Assembly (NCBI GenBank): GCA_963663805.2
Contig: CAXXMR010000013.1
Span: forward strand, 160,001 to 224,000
DNA length: 64,000 bases
From: Sedimentisphaerales bacterium
GTDB lineage: Bacteria; Planctomycetota; Phycisphaerae; Sedimentisphaerales; SM23-30
Direction of reading: 5' to 3'
The translations under genes and the position numbers were made by a program. Below are positions 1-9,319 of the stretch, one piece after another (the first letter of the stretch is position 1; each line of letters begins with the position of its first letter). The notes beneath the pieces are model-generated. The model was not told where the DNA came from and ran no database searches. It saw nothing but the letters and a program-made list of their open reading frames with translations.

Positions 1-35
1 TATCAGGATACTTTTTGCTTTAAAGTGTTTTTGTT

Positions 36-2114
36 TTATCTGAAAATACTATTGTCACAGTAATTCACTTGGCGCGAAAGCCATTGATTCCACTTGAGTT
101 TGCCAATTGTGTGGCAGGCAACAATCATTAATGTATCACCTTGTTTACTTTCAGCAAGATATATCGGCAATCCGATATATGAATGATTTTCAAGTGCCCC
201 CTGCCACAACTTCCAGAATATGATGCGTAATTGTTCATCTATTTCATGAGTAGGTCGGGAAGAGGAATAGACCTGTTTTGAACATATTTCTGGAATATCT
301 GCCAGTAACAGTTTGTCAAAAAATCTGGGTATTTTTGCAAAATCATTCTGAACATAATATCCTCTTGTTGATGCACCAATGATCCCTTTCCCGATTAGCC
401 TGGCTATGTTGGCATCTATTACCGACGATGATGATCCAGGCACAATGATATCTTTTGCTGCCGTCACTTTTGTGCCTGTTTCTCTCAAGAACTTGAATAT
501 GTCTAACTCACCATTTAGACCTCTGTAAAGGTTATCGACCGCTACAGTATATCGTGGCAGCAATCTACGCACTAATGTGCCATTCCTTATATCATAAAGT
601 ATTCTGGAAAAATGGTTATCTTCCCGTACAGTACCATATATAAAAGGAAAGTATTTTAACTTTATATGCCAGATCCGATCAGGGTATATCTCACTTAACC
701 ATTTAACAATATCGTCCTGCTGAACCAGCACTCTGGCAAATGCGGATATTGGTGTGTGATAAATCTGCTTGTCATTCTGAACCTCTTCTGCATGTGGTAA
801 AATTGTATTGTGATTGCTATGGTTTACTGTTAAAGCGTTCATTTCTTGCTTATTGGCAGACTCTTTCTGAGATAGATCTATATCCGGATCGTCATTCTCT
901 AGCTCTTTACAATCAAATGATTCACATAAAGTCTGGATTTCCAGATCAGTAACAAGGGGTGCCTGTAATCGGATGACTTTACCATACGGCGGCTCAGAAA
1001 CAAGCATGTCACCCTTGCTTTTGAGAATTTCTGCGCCAGGCTGATCAAGTATCACCCGGCTGTCGATCTGGCTGGGCAGATTGAACGCGATGCGTCCGGG
1101 CAGATTGATTTTGATACTGCCTTGAATAATGTCAACACTTGGTCTTTGAGTCGCCAATATTACAATAATACCGCAGGCACGCCCTTGCTGTGTAATTTTA
1201 CGCAACAAGCCTTCCACTTCTTCATTTTTTCCATCCATCAGAACCTGGACTTCATCAATAATCAACAATATGGCCGGTAACTCTTCAAGCGGACCTTCAT
1301 TTTCATCCTCCGCTTCACAAAGACACTGTTGATTATATATCCAAATGTCAGAGAGGTTTTGATTCTGCAATAAATCTCTCCTGCGTTCCATTTCTTCCGT
1401 CAACCACCTCAAGGCATTTACCGCCTTTTCCTTTTCGGTTATTACCGGACATAATAAATGTGGAATCTTATTGAAGACAGCCAGATCGATTCCCTTTCCA
1501 TCTACCAGAATGATCCTGAGCTGCTTACTCTCGCAAGTCATGGCGATCGTGGTAATAATGGCCCTAAGTAGATTACTCTTTCCAGAACCAGTGGCACCAC
1601 CGAGAAGCTGATGGTGACACTCTGCCAAGTCCAATACAAGAGGATGCCCCAGGTAGTCTTCACCGGCCACACAGGGTATTCTATAATCGTGTTTTTTAAC
1701 ATCATCGATAAAACTTTCGATCCTGACAGGCGCGCATTCTTTCTCAGGAACGATTACCGCGATCTGGGAGGTTTCAGGAATCGGAGCCAGAATCGATATC
1801 CCTGAGGTTTCAAGGGCTATTTCAAGTATACGTCTCAGGGTACTGTCGATTCTGACTATATCATGCAAACGATGTTTGTCTAACTCATAGAAATAAGTTG
1901 TGGTGCGTGTAGCGGACACTTTCTTGACATATGTTGCCTTTATGTCACGGTAATTGAATTGCTGACTGATCTTGATGATTATTTCATTCTGGCGGTTTAT
2001 GTTTTGTTTGCTCGTGACAATGTCATAATTATGAATTTCTGAATCCTTGGAGATTCCGGTATTTTCGGCTACGTCACAACCAGTCTCTGAGCTTACATAC
2101 TGTTTTTCGGCCAT
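36..2114 (-). CDS. FtsK/SpoIIIE-family ATPase, soluble (no N-terminal TM domain), with an unrelated C-terminal region that may contain a winged helix
   Basis: HQLLGGATGSGKS Walker A, LIIDEVQ Walker B, ILATQRPSVD, GRIAF..SRVILDQPGAEIL..GDML are FtsK motor motifs. Confidence 0.85.
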   Translation of the reverse strand: MAEKQYVSSETGCDVAENTGISKDSEIHNYDIVTSKQNINRQNEIIIKISQQFNYRDIKATYVKKVSATRTTTYFYELDKHRLHDIVRIDSTLRRILEIALETSGISILAPIPETSQIAVIVPEKECAPVRIESFIDDVKKHDYRIPCVAGEDYLGHPLVLDLAECHHQLLGGATGSGKSNLLRAIITTIAMTCESKQLRIILVDGKGIDLAVFNKIPHLLCPVITEKEKAVNALRWLTEEMERRRDLLQNQNLSDIWIYNQQCLCEAEDENEGPLEELPAILLIIDEVQVLMDGKNEEVEGLLRKITQQGRACGIIVILATQRPSVDIIQGSIKINLPGRIAFNLPSQIDSRVILDQPGAEILKSKGDMLVSEPPYGKVIRLQAPLVTDLEIQTLCESFDCKELENDDPDIDLSQKESANKQEMNALTVNHSNHNTILPHAEEVQNDKQIYHTPISAFARVLVQQDDIVKWLSEIYPDRIWHIKLKYFPFIYGTVREDNHFSRILYDIRNGTLVRRLLPRYTVAVDNLYRGLNGELDIFKFLRETGTKVTAAKDIIVPGSSSSVIDANIARLIGKGIIGASTRGYYVQNDFAKIPRFFDKLLLADIPEICSKQVYSSSRPTHEIDEQLRIIFWKLWQGALENHSYIGLPIYLAESKQGDTLMIVACHTIGKLKWNQWLSRQVNYCDNSIFR

Positions 2115-2275
2115 AATTATGCCTCTGTAAATTAATGATTTCTATTGACTTTCTGCTGTGCTTTTACGCAAACACCGGACACTAAAATCTCTCAGACAAC
2201 TTATGTGATTAACTGTTCAAATATTATGACTTCAGAATAAATATTCAGAAACAGATAGTTCGACAAGAGTTATAA

Positions 2276-2623
2276 TCATTCATTGGATACAGATGTATTT
2301 GCCTTAGTTCTCGGGGGAATACTTGAGATAATCTCCGGATCTGATGCAGAGCGATTATTATCAACAGATGTCTTATTGTGAAGAAAATCGTTCAATATTG
2401 AGTACTGTTGCTCCATGTATGGAAGAATCACTCCTCCCCGTAAAACACCGTGACTGTATTTGTCAAATACAGGATGATCCATTAGAAGTGATATGCTTAT
2501 CAAAACTACCAGACCCACCAGAGAACCGAAAATCAATCGCCCCAGCCATTTAAAGAAGCCACATATCCCCAGTATAACGCATAAGAAAAAAACAACCGCT
2601 GCTATTATATCACTCAATGACAT
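2276..2623 (-). CDS. small membrane protein
   Basis: Two hydrophobic N-terminal segments; GGAGG RBS upstream; co-oriented with the cluster. Confidence 0.6.
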   Translation of the reverse strand: MSLSDIIAAVVFFLCVILGICGFFKWLGRLIFGSLVGLVVLISISLLMDHPVFDKYSHGVLRGGVILPYMEQQYSILNDFLHNKTSVDNNRSASDPEIISSIPPRTKANTSVSNE

Positions 2624-2786
2624 TTGCGGTACCTCCGTTCATGTTGCCAATAGAGTCTATTATTGTATCGGTATTCTTACCGGAACCAAATCCAGCTTTG
2701 CTGAAACTCGGGATAGCAAAATATGAATGATCATGTATTTGCATCCTCAGGTTTGACTTATCAACAGGAAATGACACAGTTTCACA

Positions 2787-3254
2787 TCAGGGAATGGTTT
2801 GGTCTGAGATTACGAGATCTTCATTTGGTGGTGTCTGCAACTTACCGTGCTTCAGAGCGATGATCTCCATTTCAGCATCGAAAGCTTCATTTGTTGTTGT
2901 ATCATATTCGACTTCCAGCATGTTCTTTTGAGTTTGCACGGCTTTCTCGCAGATATCATTCAGTTTCGTGTATATCTCACCGAGTTCTGATGTATTTCTT
3001 CTGACGTCAATATTCTCTTCCAGCACAACAACAGCCTTCTCAGTCTGTTCTACTGGTTGCACTATCGGGTCTGGTGCCTTAAGTCCTTCTTGTGGTACTG
3101 TCTCTATGGCTGGCTCAATTGCAGGTTCTATTACAGTAGATTGAGACTCGACTTCAGAATATCTTTCTTCGCACCCACCCAAGGCTAAAAACAATGCTGA
3201 GATTACTATACCGATCATGGTAATCAGCATACGTATCGCTTTATTGTTATTCAT
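2787..3254 (-). CDS. putative lipoprotein
   Basis: Signal peptide ending in lipobox-like LGG-C; acidic, Pro-rich linker. Confidence 0.6.
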   Translation of the reverse strand: MNNNKAIRMLITMIGIVISALFLALGGCEERYSEVESQSTVIEPAIEPAIETVPQEGLKAPDPIVQPVEQTEKAVVVLEENIDVRRNTSELGEIYTKLNDICEKAVQTQKNMLEVEYDTTTNEAFDAEMEIIALKHGKLQTPPNEDLVISDQTIP

Positions 3255-3271
3255 AATAGATTCACCTTTCT

Positions 3272-3982
3272 TTATGTTCGGGCTATGCTTGTTATAAGCA
3301 ATTCATAACCGTTTTCATTGTTGACGATTTGCGCTTCCATGTATGATACTTGCGAACTGTTTAAACCCTTGGAGCGTAAGACCTGTTTTTGAATACTGAC
3401 CCATTGATAATCGATATCCGTAGGTACAATTATCCAGAAACACTGAACGTTTTCTTGGCATTGATTGAGTACATTAATACCAAAAAAGTGCGACGATATA
3501 GTTCTTACACGATTGCTGTAGCCGGAGAGTTCGCCAGAAAACCTGTTGACAAGTATGTTTCTTTCAAAACAAAGCTCACCAATTGGCTTATTACTGTTAT
3601 TCACAGGAATTACCCTCAGATTGAGCGCCTTGGACACTTGAATCAGGTGTTCCGGGCTATCCCAAATCAATCTCAGAGATGGAAGGCCCTCATCACCATC
3701 TGCAGCATAATCGCCCAGGCTGTCCGGAATATCGCCTTGCGTGGAATCTGTAACCACTTGATCAAATGACTCTTTCGGTGGTCTACTCGGCAGCGATAAT
3801 GGTTTTCCAGGATCAGGTGGCGTCCTTTCCGGAGGCTTCGGGAGAGGTGGTATCAGGATTCTGGCAACCTTCTTTGGTTCGACTTCTTCTGCTTTGAGAG
3901 TATTCTTGTCAAAGTCCAGGAAAAGTAGAGAGTGAACTAGAACAGCTATGATTACGCCGATAATAAAAGTACTCTTTGACAT
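3272..3982 (-). CDS. TonB-like energy transducer (single TM with SxxxH-like motif plus Pro-rich linker)
   Basis: IIAVLVHSLL TM followed by PPLPKPPERTPPDP; lies directly after exbB/exbD-like genes; start moved to MSKSTF. Confidence 0.55.
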   Translation of the reverse strand: MSKSTFIIGVIIAVLVHSLLFLDFDKNTLKAEEVEPKKVARILIPPLPKPPERTPPDPGKPLSLPSRPPKESFDQVVTDSTQGDIPDSLGDYAADGDEGLPSLRLIWDSPEHLIQVSKALNLRVIPVNNSNKPIGELCFERNILVNRFSGELSGYSNRVRTISSHFFGINVLNQCQENVQCFWIIVPTDIDYQWVSIQKQVLRSKGLNSSQVSYMEAQIVNNENGYELLITSIART

Positions 3983-3995
3983 TTTTGTATCCTTT

Positions 3996-4361
3996 CTAAT
4001 TTTTTTGTCGTTCTTCAACTTCAATCGAAACCTGTGCGCCTGCCTGAGCCAGACAGGAAATTAAACTAACGGTTCTTTCGGTAGGTAAATCTTTAGATAT
4101 CCGCAGGATAATTTTCTGGTTTTTGGCCATATCTGTCAGTTGCGGTTCTGTTATAGAGATTCCGTCAATGACCATTTGATCTGCAGTCACAGAAAGAATC
4201 TTGAACTTGTCAGTCTGTACAATTGCTGCCCCAGTTCCCACCCTGGTTATCTCAACCGGGAGAGCATGTACTACCTCCATCTGGGTCATTGTGGCGAGTA
4301 TGCCGCCCAGAGCAAGGAATACCAAGTCACATAATGGTAATATTGCCGCCATCGATTTCAT
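3996..4361 (-). CDS. ExbD/TolR-family protein
   Basis: LPLCDLVFLAL matches the PLxDVxxxLL TM motif with the essential Asp; C-terminal LRISKDLP..LAQAG fold motif. Confidence 0.75.
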   Translation of the reverse strand: MKSMAAILPLCDLVFLALGGILATMTQMEVVHALPVEITRVGTGAAIVQTDKFKILSVTADQMVIDGISITEPQLTDMAKNQKIILRISKDLPTERTVSLISCLAQAGAQVSIEVEERQKN

Positions 4362-4370
4362 ACTGCACCT

Positions 4371-4727
4371 CTATTTGTTCAGAATATTCAGTAAGTAAGA
4401 GCCGAGGGTAGCTATCAGACTGGTCGCTATGCCTACTCCAGTAGTCCAGTATGCGACTGACAGGCCGCTCGCCAAAGTACTCACATTTACACCTTGTTGA
4501 AATCCGCTAAAAGCCGAGATAAAACCCGCCACTGACCCGAAGAGTCCCAGAGATACCGCCATGCCTGCAAGAGGCTCCAGGCTGTCTTTCCATGGTCTTT
4601 GGCCTGCATGTACTTCACCTCGGTTTAGAGCCACAAGATAACTGACAATCAATGTTATCACAGCAATGCTAAGGAGAAGTTGAGGCCAGAATAGAAGACC
4701 GCAGCGTTTTATTAGAATATCGACCAT
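4371..4727 (-). CDS. minimal MotA/TolQ/ExbB proton-channel protein
   Basis: AVSLGLFGSVAGFISAF and LASGLSVAYWTTGVGI match the family TM2/TM3 motifs; only 118 aa. Confidence 0.8.
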   Translation of the reverse strand: MVDILIKRCGLLFWPQLLLSIAVITLIVSYLVALNRGEVHAGQRPWKDSLEPLAGMAVSLGLFGSVAGFISAFSGFQQGVNVSTLASGLSVAYWTTGVGIATSLIATLGSYLLNILNK

Positions 4728-4739
4728 TATTTATCTCCC

Positions 4740-5258
4740 TTATTTTTTGACTGCTATTGATGCCTTGGATGAAGTATTTGACGCTTTTTCCTTGGAGGTT
4801 TTTTCCTCATGTGAGTCCAGGGTGATAATCGGCAGAGTTGTTCCTTCAGCAATTTTCCTGGCCTGTAGAGTGAATCTCTCCCTGATAACTTCATCTGCAG
4901 GGGCAAAAATTCGCTTCTTTTCATCCGGAATATTGCTCTTATCCAGTCCATCTTTTCCGTCCGGGATATCCCACCCGTGCCGCAGTGAGATAATTGTCAG
5001 CCTATCCATGATGCGGTCTCTTTTATCACCAAGAGCCACTATTTTTGACTTGGTTTCCAGCGATATCTGATCGCCCTCTTTCTTTTCAGACATTGCCTGC
5101 CTGATGGTATTGTCATACTCCGCTTCAACAGTTGTGAGTTCCCGCAAGAGTCCCTGGAATCTTGTTTTATCAGTTCTGGCATCATCCGCGGCGAAAACCT
5201 GGCAGCCAAAAAACGAAACAAATGTCAAAGCTATCACAGTTAATCTGGTTTTCATCAC
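4740..5258 (-). CDS. secreted hypothetical protein
   Basis: Signal peptide ending VFA-A; helical body; operon spacing. Confidence 0.65.
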   Translation of the reverse strand: MMKTRLTVIALTFVSFFGCQVFAADDARTDKTRFQGLLRELTTVEAEYDNTIRQAMSEKKEGDQISLETKSKIVALGDKRDRIMDRLTIISLRHGWDIPDGKDGLDKSNIPDEKKRIFAPADEVIRERFTLQARKIAEGTTLPIITLDSHEEKTSKEKASNTSSKASIAVKK

Positions 5259-5278
5259 AAGTTCCTTTCACATAAGGG

Positions 5279-6247
5279 TTATTTAGATGTGTACTGCTCT
5301 ATGGCATCGTCAATTTCTTGTTCGTTATACTCAAAGACAGGCCCACTCTGAGAAGTGTTTTTATTTATATTATCTGCGAGTCTCTCAGATAAAAGGTTGA
5401 TTTTGTTTCCAAACATATCTATGCTTGCGTTTACATTTTCCAGCTCTCCACCCAGAACCGCAAATCCATCACCTGCACTGTTCATCTGGGCAAGCACCTC
5501 TGATAACTCTTCAGCCTCGATTAGACCTCCGAGGATTTCACAATAGGTATTTACAAATTCAGACTGGCCTTCCAGCAATATGCGTGTTCTCTCCAAGGCA
5601 AAGGTGCTGTTAGTTAGCTGCATTTCCAGATTGGACAAAGACTCTATGATTTTAACGTATAGGTTTTGCTGGGCCGGGCCTAGATCGATCATACCTGACT
5701 GTTCTGTCAATTTCCGAAGGCCGAGAATATTGGCAAATACCATTTTCAGGCGTTGCTTACGCTCTTGATTTTTTTCATTTTTAATTGTCTCAGCTATATT
5801 TGAAAGCCTTTTGTCATAGTTCTTCAGGCTCTCTTTTACCTTCTCTGCTGGCTCACCGGTATTGACTCTGGCCAGCATAAGTCGGATTTTCTCGATAGTG
5901 CCGGATAAAGCATCCTGTCCTTTCCAGAGCGGATCGGTGATGTCTGACCAATTATCTGTAAATCTGTTCATCTCGTCTCTGAGTTCTTCCAGGGCTTCAA
6001 GAAGAACCTCTTTGTCGAGATCTTTTTCATCGAGACACTGATTGACACGATCAAATTTCTCAAGCAACTGACTGTTTTTGATGCGCTCCGAGAGGGGTGA
6101 GGTTGCCTTTTCTATAGAGGCCTTCAATTCTTCTACATTGAGCACTACTTCCCTGTCTTTTTCTACTGCCTGCAATACCGGTATCAGCATCACTGCAATG
6201 AGAATCGCCAGTGCAGCGATTTTATTCGAATGAGCATTTGTCTTCAT
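5279..6247 (-). CDS. secreted or membrane-anchored coiled-coil protein
   Basis: N-terminal hydrophobic segment, then an E/K/L-rich heptad pattern over about 280 aa. Confidence 0.65.
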   Translation of the reverse strand: MKTNAHSNKIAALAILIAVMLIPVLQAVEKDREVVLNVEELKASIEKATSPLSERIKNSQLLEKFDRVNQCLDEKDLDKEVLLEALEELRDEMNRFTDNWSDITDPLWKGQDALSGTIEKIRLMLARVNTGEPAEKVKESLKNYDKRLSNIAETIKNEKNQERKQRLKMVFANILGLRKLTEQSGMIDLGPAQQNLYVKIIESLSNLEMQLTNSTFALERTRILLEGQSEFVNTYCEILGGLIEAEELSEVLAQMNSAGDGFAVLGGELENVNASIDMFGNKINLLSERLADNINKNTSQSGPVFEYNEQEIDDAIEQYTSK

Positions 6248-6281
6248 TTTATATCTCCTGGTATAAGGTTAACCTGAAATG

Positions 6282-6857
6282 TTATTTGTCTAAGGACACC
6301 TCTTTTTCCATCTTGTTAACGGAATATTGAAGGTCAACGTTCCGTATTGCCTTGAAATATCTCAACGCAACCCTGGGATTACCCTTCTCATACTCAGTCA
6401 GACCACGTGTCAGAGACAATAAATCTGCAATTCTGCCGTTATCTTCTGGCTGTTCATATCTGCTGTCAGCATCCACAAAATATCTTTCCGCATCAGCATA
6501 TCTTGTTTCCCTCAAGCAGACTTTACCCATAAGCTCCATTGCATAAGGGTCTTGAGAGTTGGTGTCCAGCAGAGTTTTGGCGAGCTGACAAGCCTCAATG
6601 GTATTTCCCTTACCGAGATAGGCCTCAACCATCAGGCGAACTGACTGAGATTTATTGTAACTTTCTTCGTCTGCGATTTTCTGCGCCTCCTCAAGTTGTG
6701 CAATAGCAGTGTCATATCGTTGCTGCTTAATCTGGCTATAAGCGGTATTCACCCGCTTATCATATTTAGCCCTGGCTATATTATTTTGCGAACACCCGGT
6801 ACTTGCCAGCAAAACAACTGACAATATCACCAAACTTGACAATATTTTTATCTTCAT
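6282..6857 (-). CDS. TPR-repeat lipoprotein
   Basis: Lipobox STG-C; TPR-like helices (YDTAIAQLEEA, AYLGKGNTIEA, YADAERYF). Confidence 0.75.
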   Translation of the reverse strand: MKIKILSSLVILSVVLLASTGCSQNNIARAKYDKRVNTAYSQIKQQRYDTAIAQLEEAQKIADEESYNKSQSVRLMVEAYLGKGNTIEACQLAKTLLDTNSQDPYAMELMGKVCLRETRYADAERYFVDADSRYEQPEDNGRIADLLSLTRGLTEYEKGNPRVALRYFKAIRNVDLQYSVNKMEKEVSLDK

Positions 6858-7020
6858 CTTTAGGTTCCTTTCAAAAATCTGAGATTCTCTTTTTAGATTC
6901 TTTGCTACAGTATTTTTGTCTACAGGACACCTCCCTTCATAAAATCAAAAAGGCCCGAAATCTGATTGCTGAAAGCCAGCATTCATGTTATTCCGGGCCG
7001 GTTACCAGCTGTCGGTGTAT

Positions 7021-7242
7021 TTACTTTATCCTTCTTGGTTTTTCGGTAGGCTCAATGCCTGAAATCCTTAAACCGGTGTCATTACCCTTCAAATCCTTTA
7101 CCATGCCCAAAGGTCCTAATTTCAGACCCGTATCACGATCAAAGTGGTCAAGGATCCTCCCAAAGGAATTCACTTTGTGATTAGAAAGCGAGCCGAATGG
7201 ATTTGTGATTCTGCCGGGCGGGTTAAAGCTTCTAAAGTTCAT
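7021..7242 (-). CDS. small hypothetical protein with two DTGL(K/R) repeats
   Basis: AAGGAG RBS upstream; internal repeat GxIxDxxxxDTGLxL. Confidence 0.5.
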   Translation of the reverse strand: MNFRSFNPPGRITNPFGSLSNHKVNSFGRILDHFDRDTGLKLGPLGMVKDLKGNDTGLRISGIEPTEKPRRIK

Positions 7243-7354
7243 TTGTTTCTCCTTAAAAAGTTAATATTGATTCCTTCCCTAATTGACTCAGTCCACTTCG
7301 AATTTTATATAATTCTCGATATCATTATGAAAAGACATAAAGGCACTTGGCCTG

Positions 7355-7663
7355 TTAATCACCAAGACTTTTGTCGTTTTCTGCAGTATGATCTACAGGT
7401 GCCTCAGGATCTATTTTAGATGAGTTAGTTTGGTTTACGTGTTCATCGGAAGAACCCGTTATTATCGAAATTGCGACTTCCTTGCTGACTTTTGGCATCT
7501 TTTCTATGAATGGTTCCTTTTGGTTCAGGATGCTGCTGATTATCATGGCTAAGAGAATTGGCAGACCCAAGCCTGCCCAGCGATCAAATACCTTTCGACA
7601 TCGCTCTACACCATTATTCATGAGTATTGTGACGGTCTGATAAAAGGCTCTTATGCTGCGCAT
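7355..7663 (-). CDS. hypothetical membrane protein
   Basis: AAGGA RBS upstream; one hydrophobic segment. Confidence 0.4.
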   Translation of the reverse strand: MRSIRAFYQTVTILMNNGVERCRKVFDRWAGLGLPILLAMIISSILNQKEPFIEKMPKVSKEVAISIITGSSDEHVNQTNSSKIDPEAPVDHTAENDKSLGD

Positions 7664-7832
7664 GATTTGTTCCTTTCTGAAATGGGTAACTGGTAATGCG
7701 AATAACTAATTGTCAATCCGTTAGAACACTATCAGCTTATCCGTGAATAGTACTTTTCTTGACTATTTAATGTTAACTCATCCTTCAATAAATCATAAGT
7801 CTATGCCGGCAAGTTTAAGCTAAATAATCGAC

Positions 7833-8333
7833 TCAACTTGAGTCCTGGCTCTCGTCTCTGGGTTTTTCCTCCTTGTCTTTCACCTCGTGCTTAAAAACCT
7901 TGTCAGGATTATGCCAATCCATATGACATTTAAGGCACTGCTTAGCCTTGGGTGTGCATAAAGGTTGACTGCAGTACGGACATAGCCTCACATCTGGATC
8001 CTTTTGCCGATCTATCTGTGATGGTTTATGGTCTTCGGCAAGTAAGTTATTGTGTTCATCATTCACTGTTTCAGATTTTGGTTCATCCTCCAGTAGATGA
8101 CGCAACATGGCATTCTCCTTGCGGGTGACTTCAAGATCAAAGAGAAGGTATTTTACGTTGATACGCAAAAAGTCAATTCCTTCCAGATTGTTCCATTCCA
8201 TAGAAGCACCATCGCAAGGTTGAGGACCACTTATGATTTTGCAGATTCTCTGGTCGCTTTCCTCATCAAGACAAATTCCGGAAGTTTCTTTAATTAACTC
8301 CTCCAACTGTACTGCTAACACTCGATCATCCAT
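7833..8333 (-). CDS. hypothetical protein with a planctomycete-type coiled-coil motif and a C-terminal zinc ribbon
   Basis: DFLRINVKYLLFDLEVTRKENAMLR resembles a conserved planctomycete small-protein motif; CPYC..CLKC; GAGG RBS before MDDRV. Confidence 0.55.
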   Translation of the reverse strand: MDDRVLAVQLEELIKETSGICLDEESDQRICKIISGPQPCDGASMEWNNLEGIDFLRINVKYLLFDLEVTRKENAMLRHLLEDEPKSETVNDEHNNLLAEDHKPSQIDRQKDPDVRLCPYCSQPLCTPKAKQCLKCHMDWHNPDKVFKHEVKDKEEKPRDESQDSS

Positions 8334-8509
8334 AGAACACCTCTTTTCCAAAGTTATGGTTAGTAGATACTTTTGACTCGCGGGTCTTATATCCTTGAAA
8401 TTCAAATCAAAGAGGCCCGACAATACTGCTTTGCCGAGCCTCTCGTAAAAGAAATTGCTAAAACAGACTACATTTTATAATGATGGTTCCGACCAGAACC
8501 GCCATCGGT

Positions 8510-8869
8510 CTACCGCAATAGAGAAGCAGTCGCTTGATGCTTAAGGTGTCGCCTCGATCCCAAAGCCACTTTTCCTCCGATCATGTGCCTAACTAGAGCT
8601 TGACGCACCAACTCGTTCACATCCTCGCGGATCCCGAATGAGTCACAGGCTCGACCCAATAAGCAGTCATGTCGGACCAGGTGCCAAAGCTCTGGCGTCA
8701 AGGCTTGGCCAGGTTTACTATAACTTACGACTCTACGTTTAATCTCACGCTCCACTATGCTGAGCATGCGCCGCTGTGCCTGTTGAGGATATTGGGTGTT
8801 GTCCTCAATAAGGTTATAAACAGCTTTAATCTGTCTTTGCATACGGCGACGTTTGGTTCGATTCATCAC
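8510..8869 (-). CDS. hypothetical basic protein
   Basis: GGAGG RBS upstream; no recognisable domain. Confidence 0.45.
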   Translation of the reverse strand: MMNRTKRRRMQRQIKAVYNLIEDNTQYPQQAQRRMLSIVEREIKRRVVSYSKPGQALTPELWHLVRHDCLLGRACDSFGIREDVNELVRQALVRHMIGGKVALGSRRHLKHQATASLLR

Positions 8870-9319
8870 ACGGCCTCCTGTGAAAAATGTCTAAACGGGA
8901 ACCTTCCTTTCACCACTGACTTCTGGTGAGAATAATACCTAAGAATTCTGCCTATTCACAGATTGGATTATGTGGGTAGCAAAACCCCACAACTACCACT
9001 AGCCGAACGCAACCGGGCAATAGCCCGCGGCGGCGAGTCAATAAGTCGCAAAATGTGTGCCAATTAACAATTTAGCAAAATGCGTACCAAAGGTCGATAA
9101 CTTGGGCATATAGACGATATGTTCTTAATGATAGAATCTGTAAGTTGCTATTTTATAGACACATGCGTTATGTGCAGAATATTCCGGCAGATAACGTCAT
9201 GCTTTCGAGGGGGTGGAACCAGAGAAAAGAGATAATTTACACCGTAATCAGGCTGTTGTTTTGTAACGTTGAAGTTTTTAGATGGTAACGGGGAGATTTC
9301 GAGGCATAGACGATTGGTC

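Noticed and set aside
3996..4727. Zorya ZorAB or flagellar MotAB
   Set aside because: The partner is ExbD-like without an OmpA peptidoglycan-binding domain, and the A subunit has no long tail.
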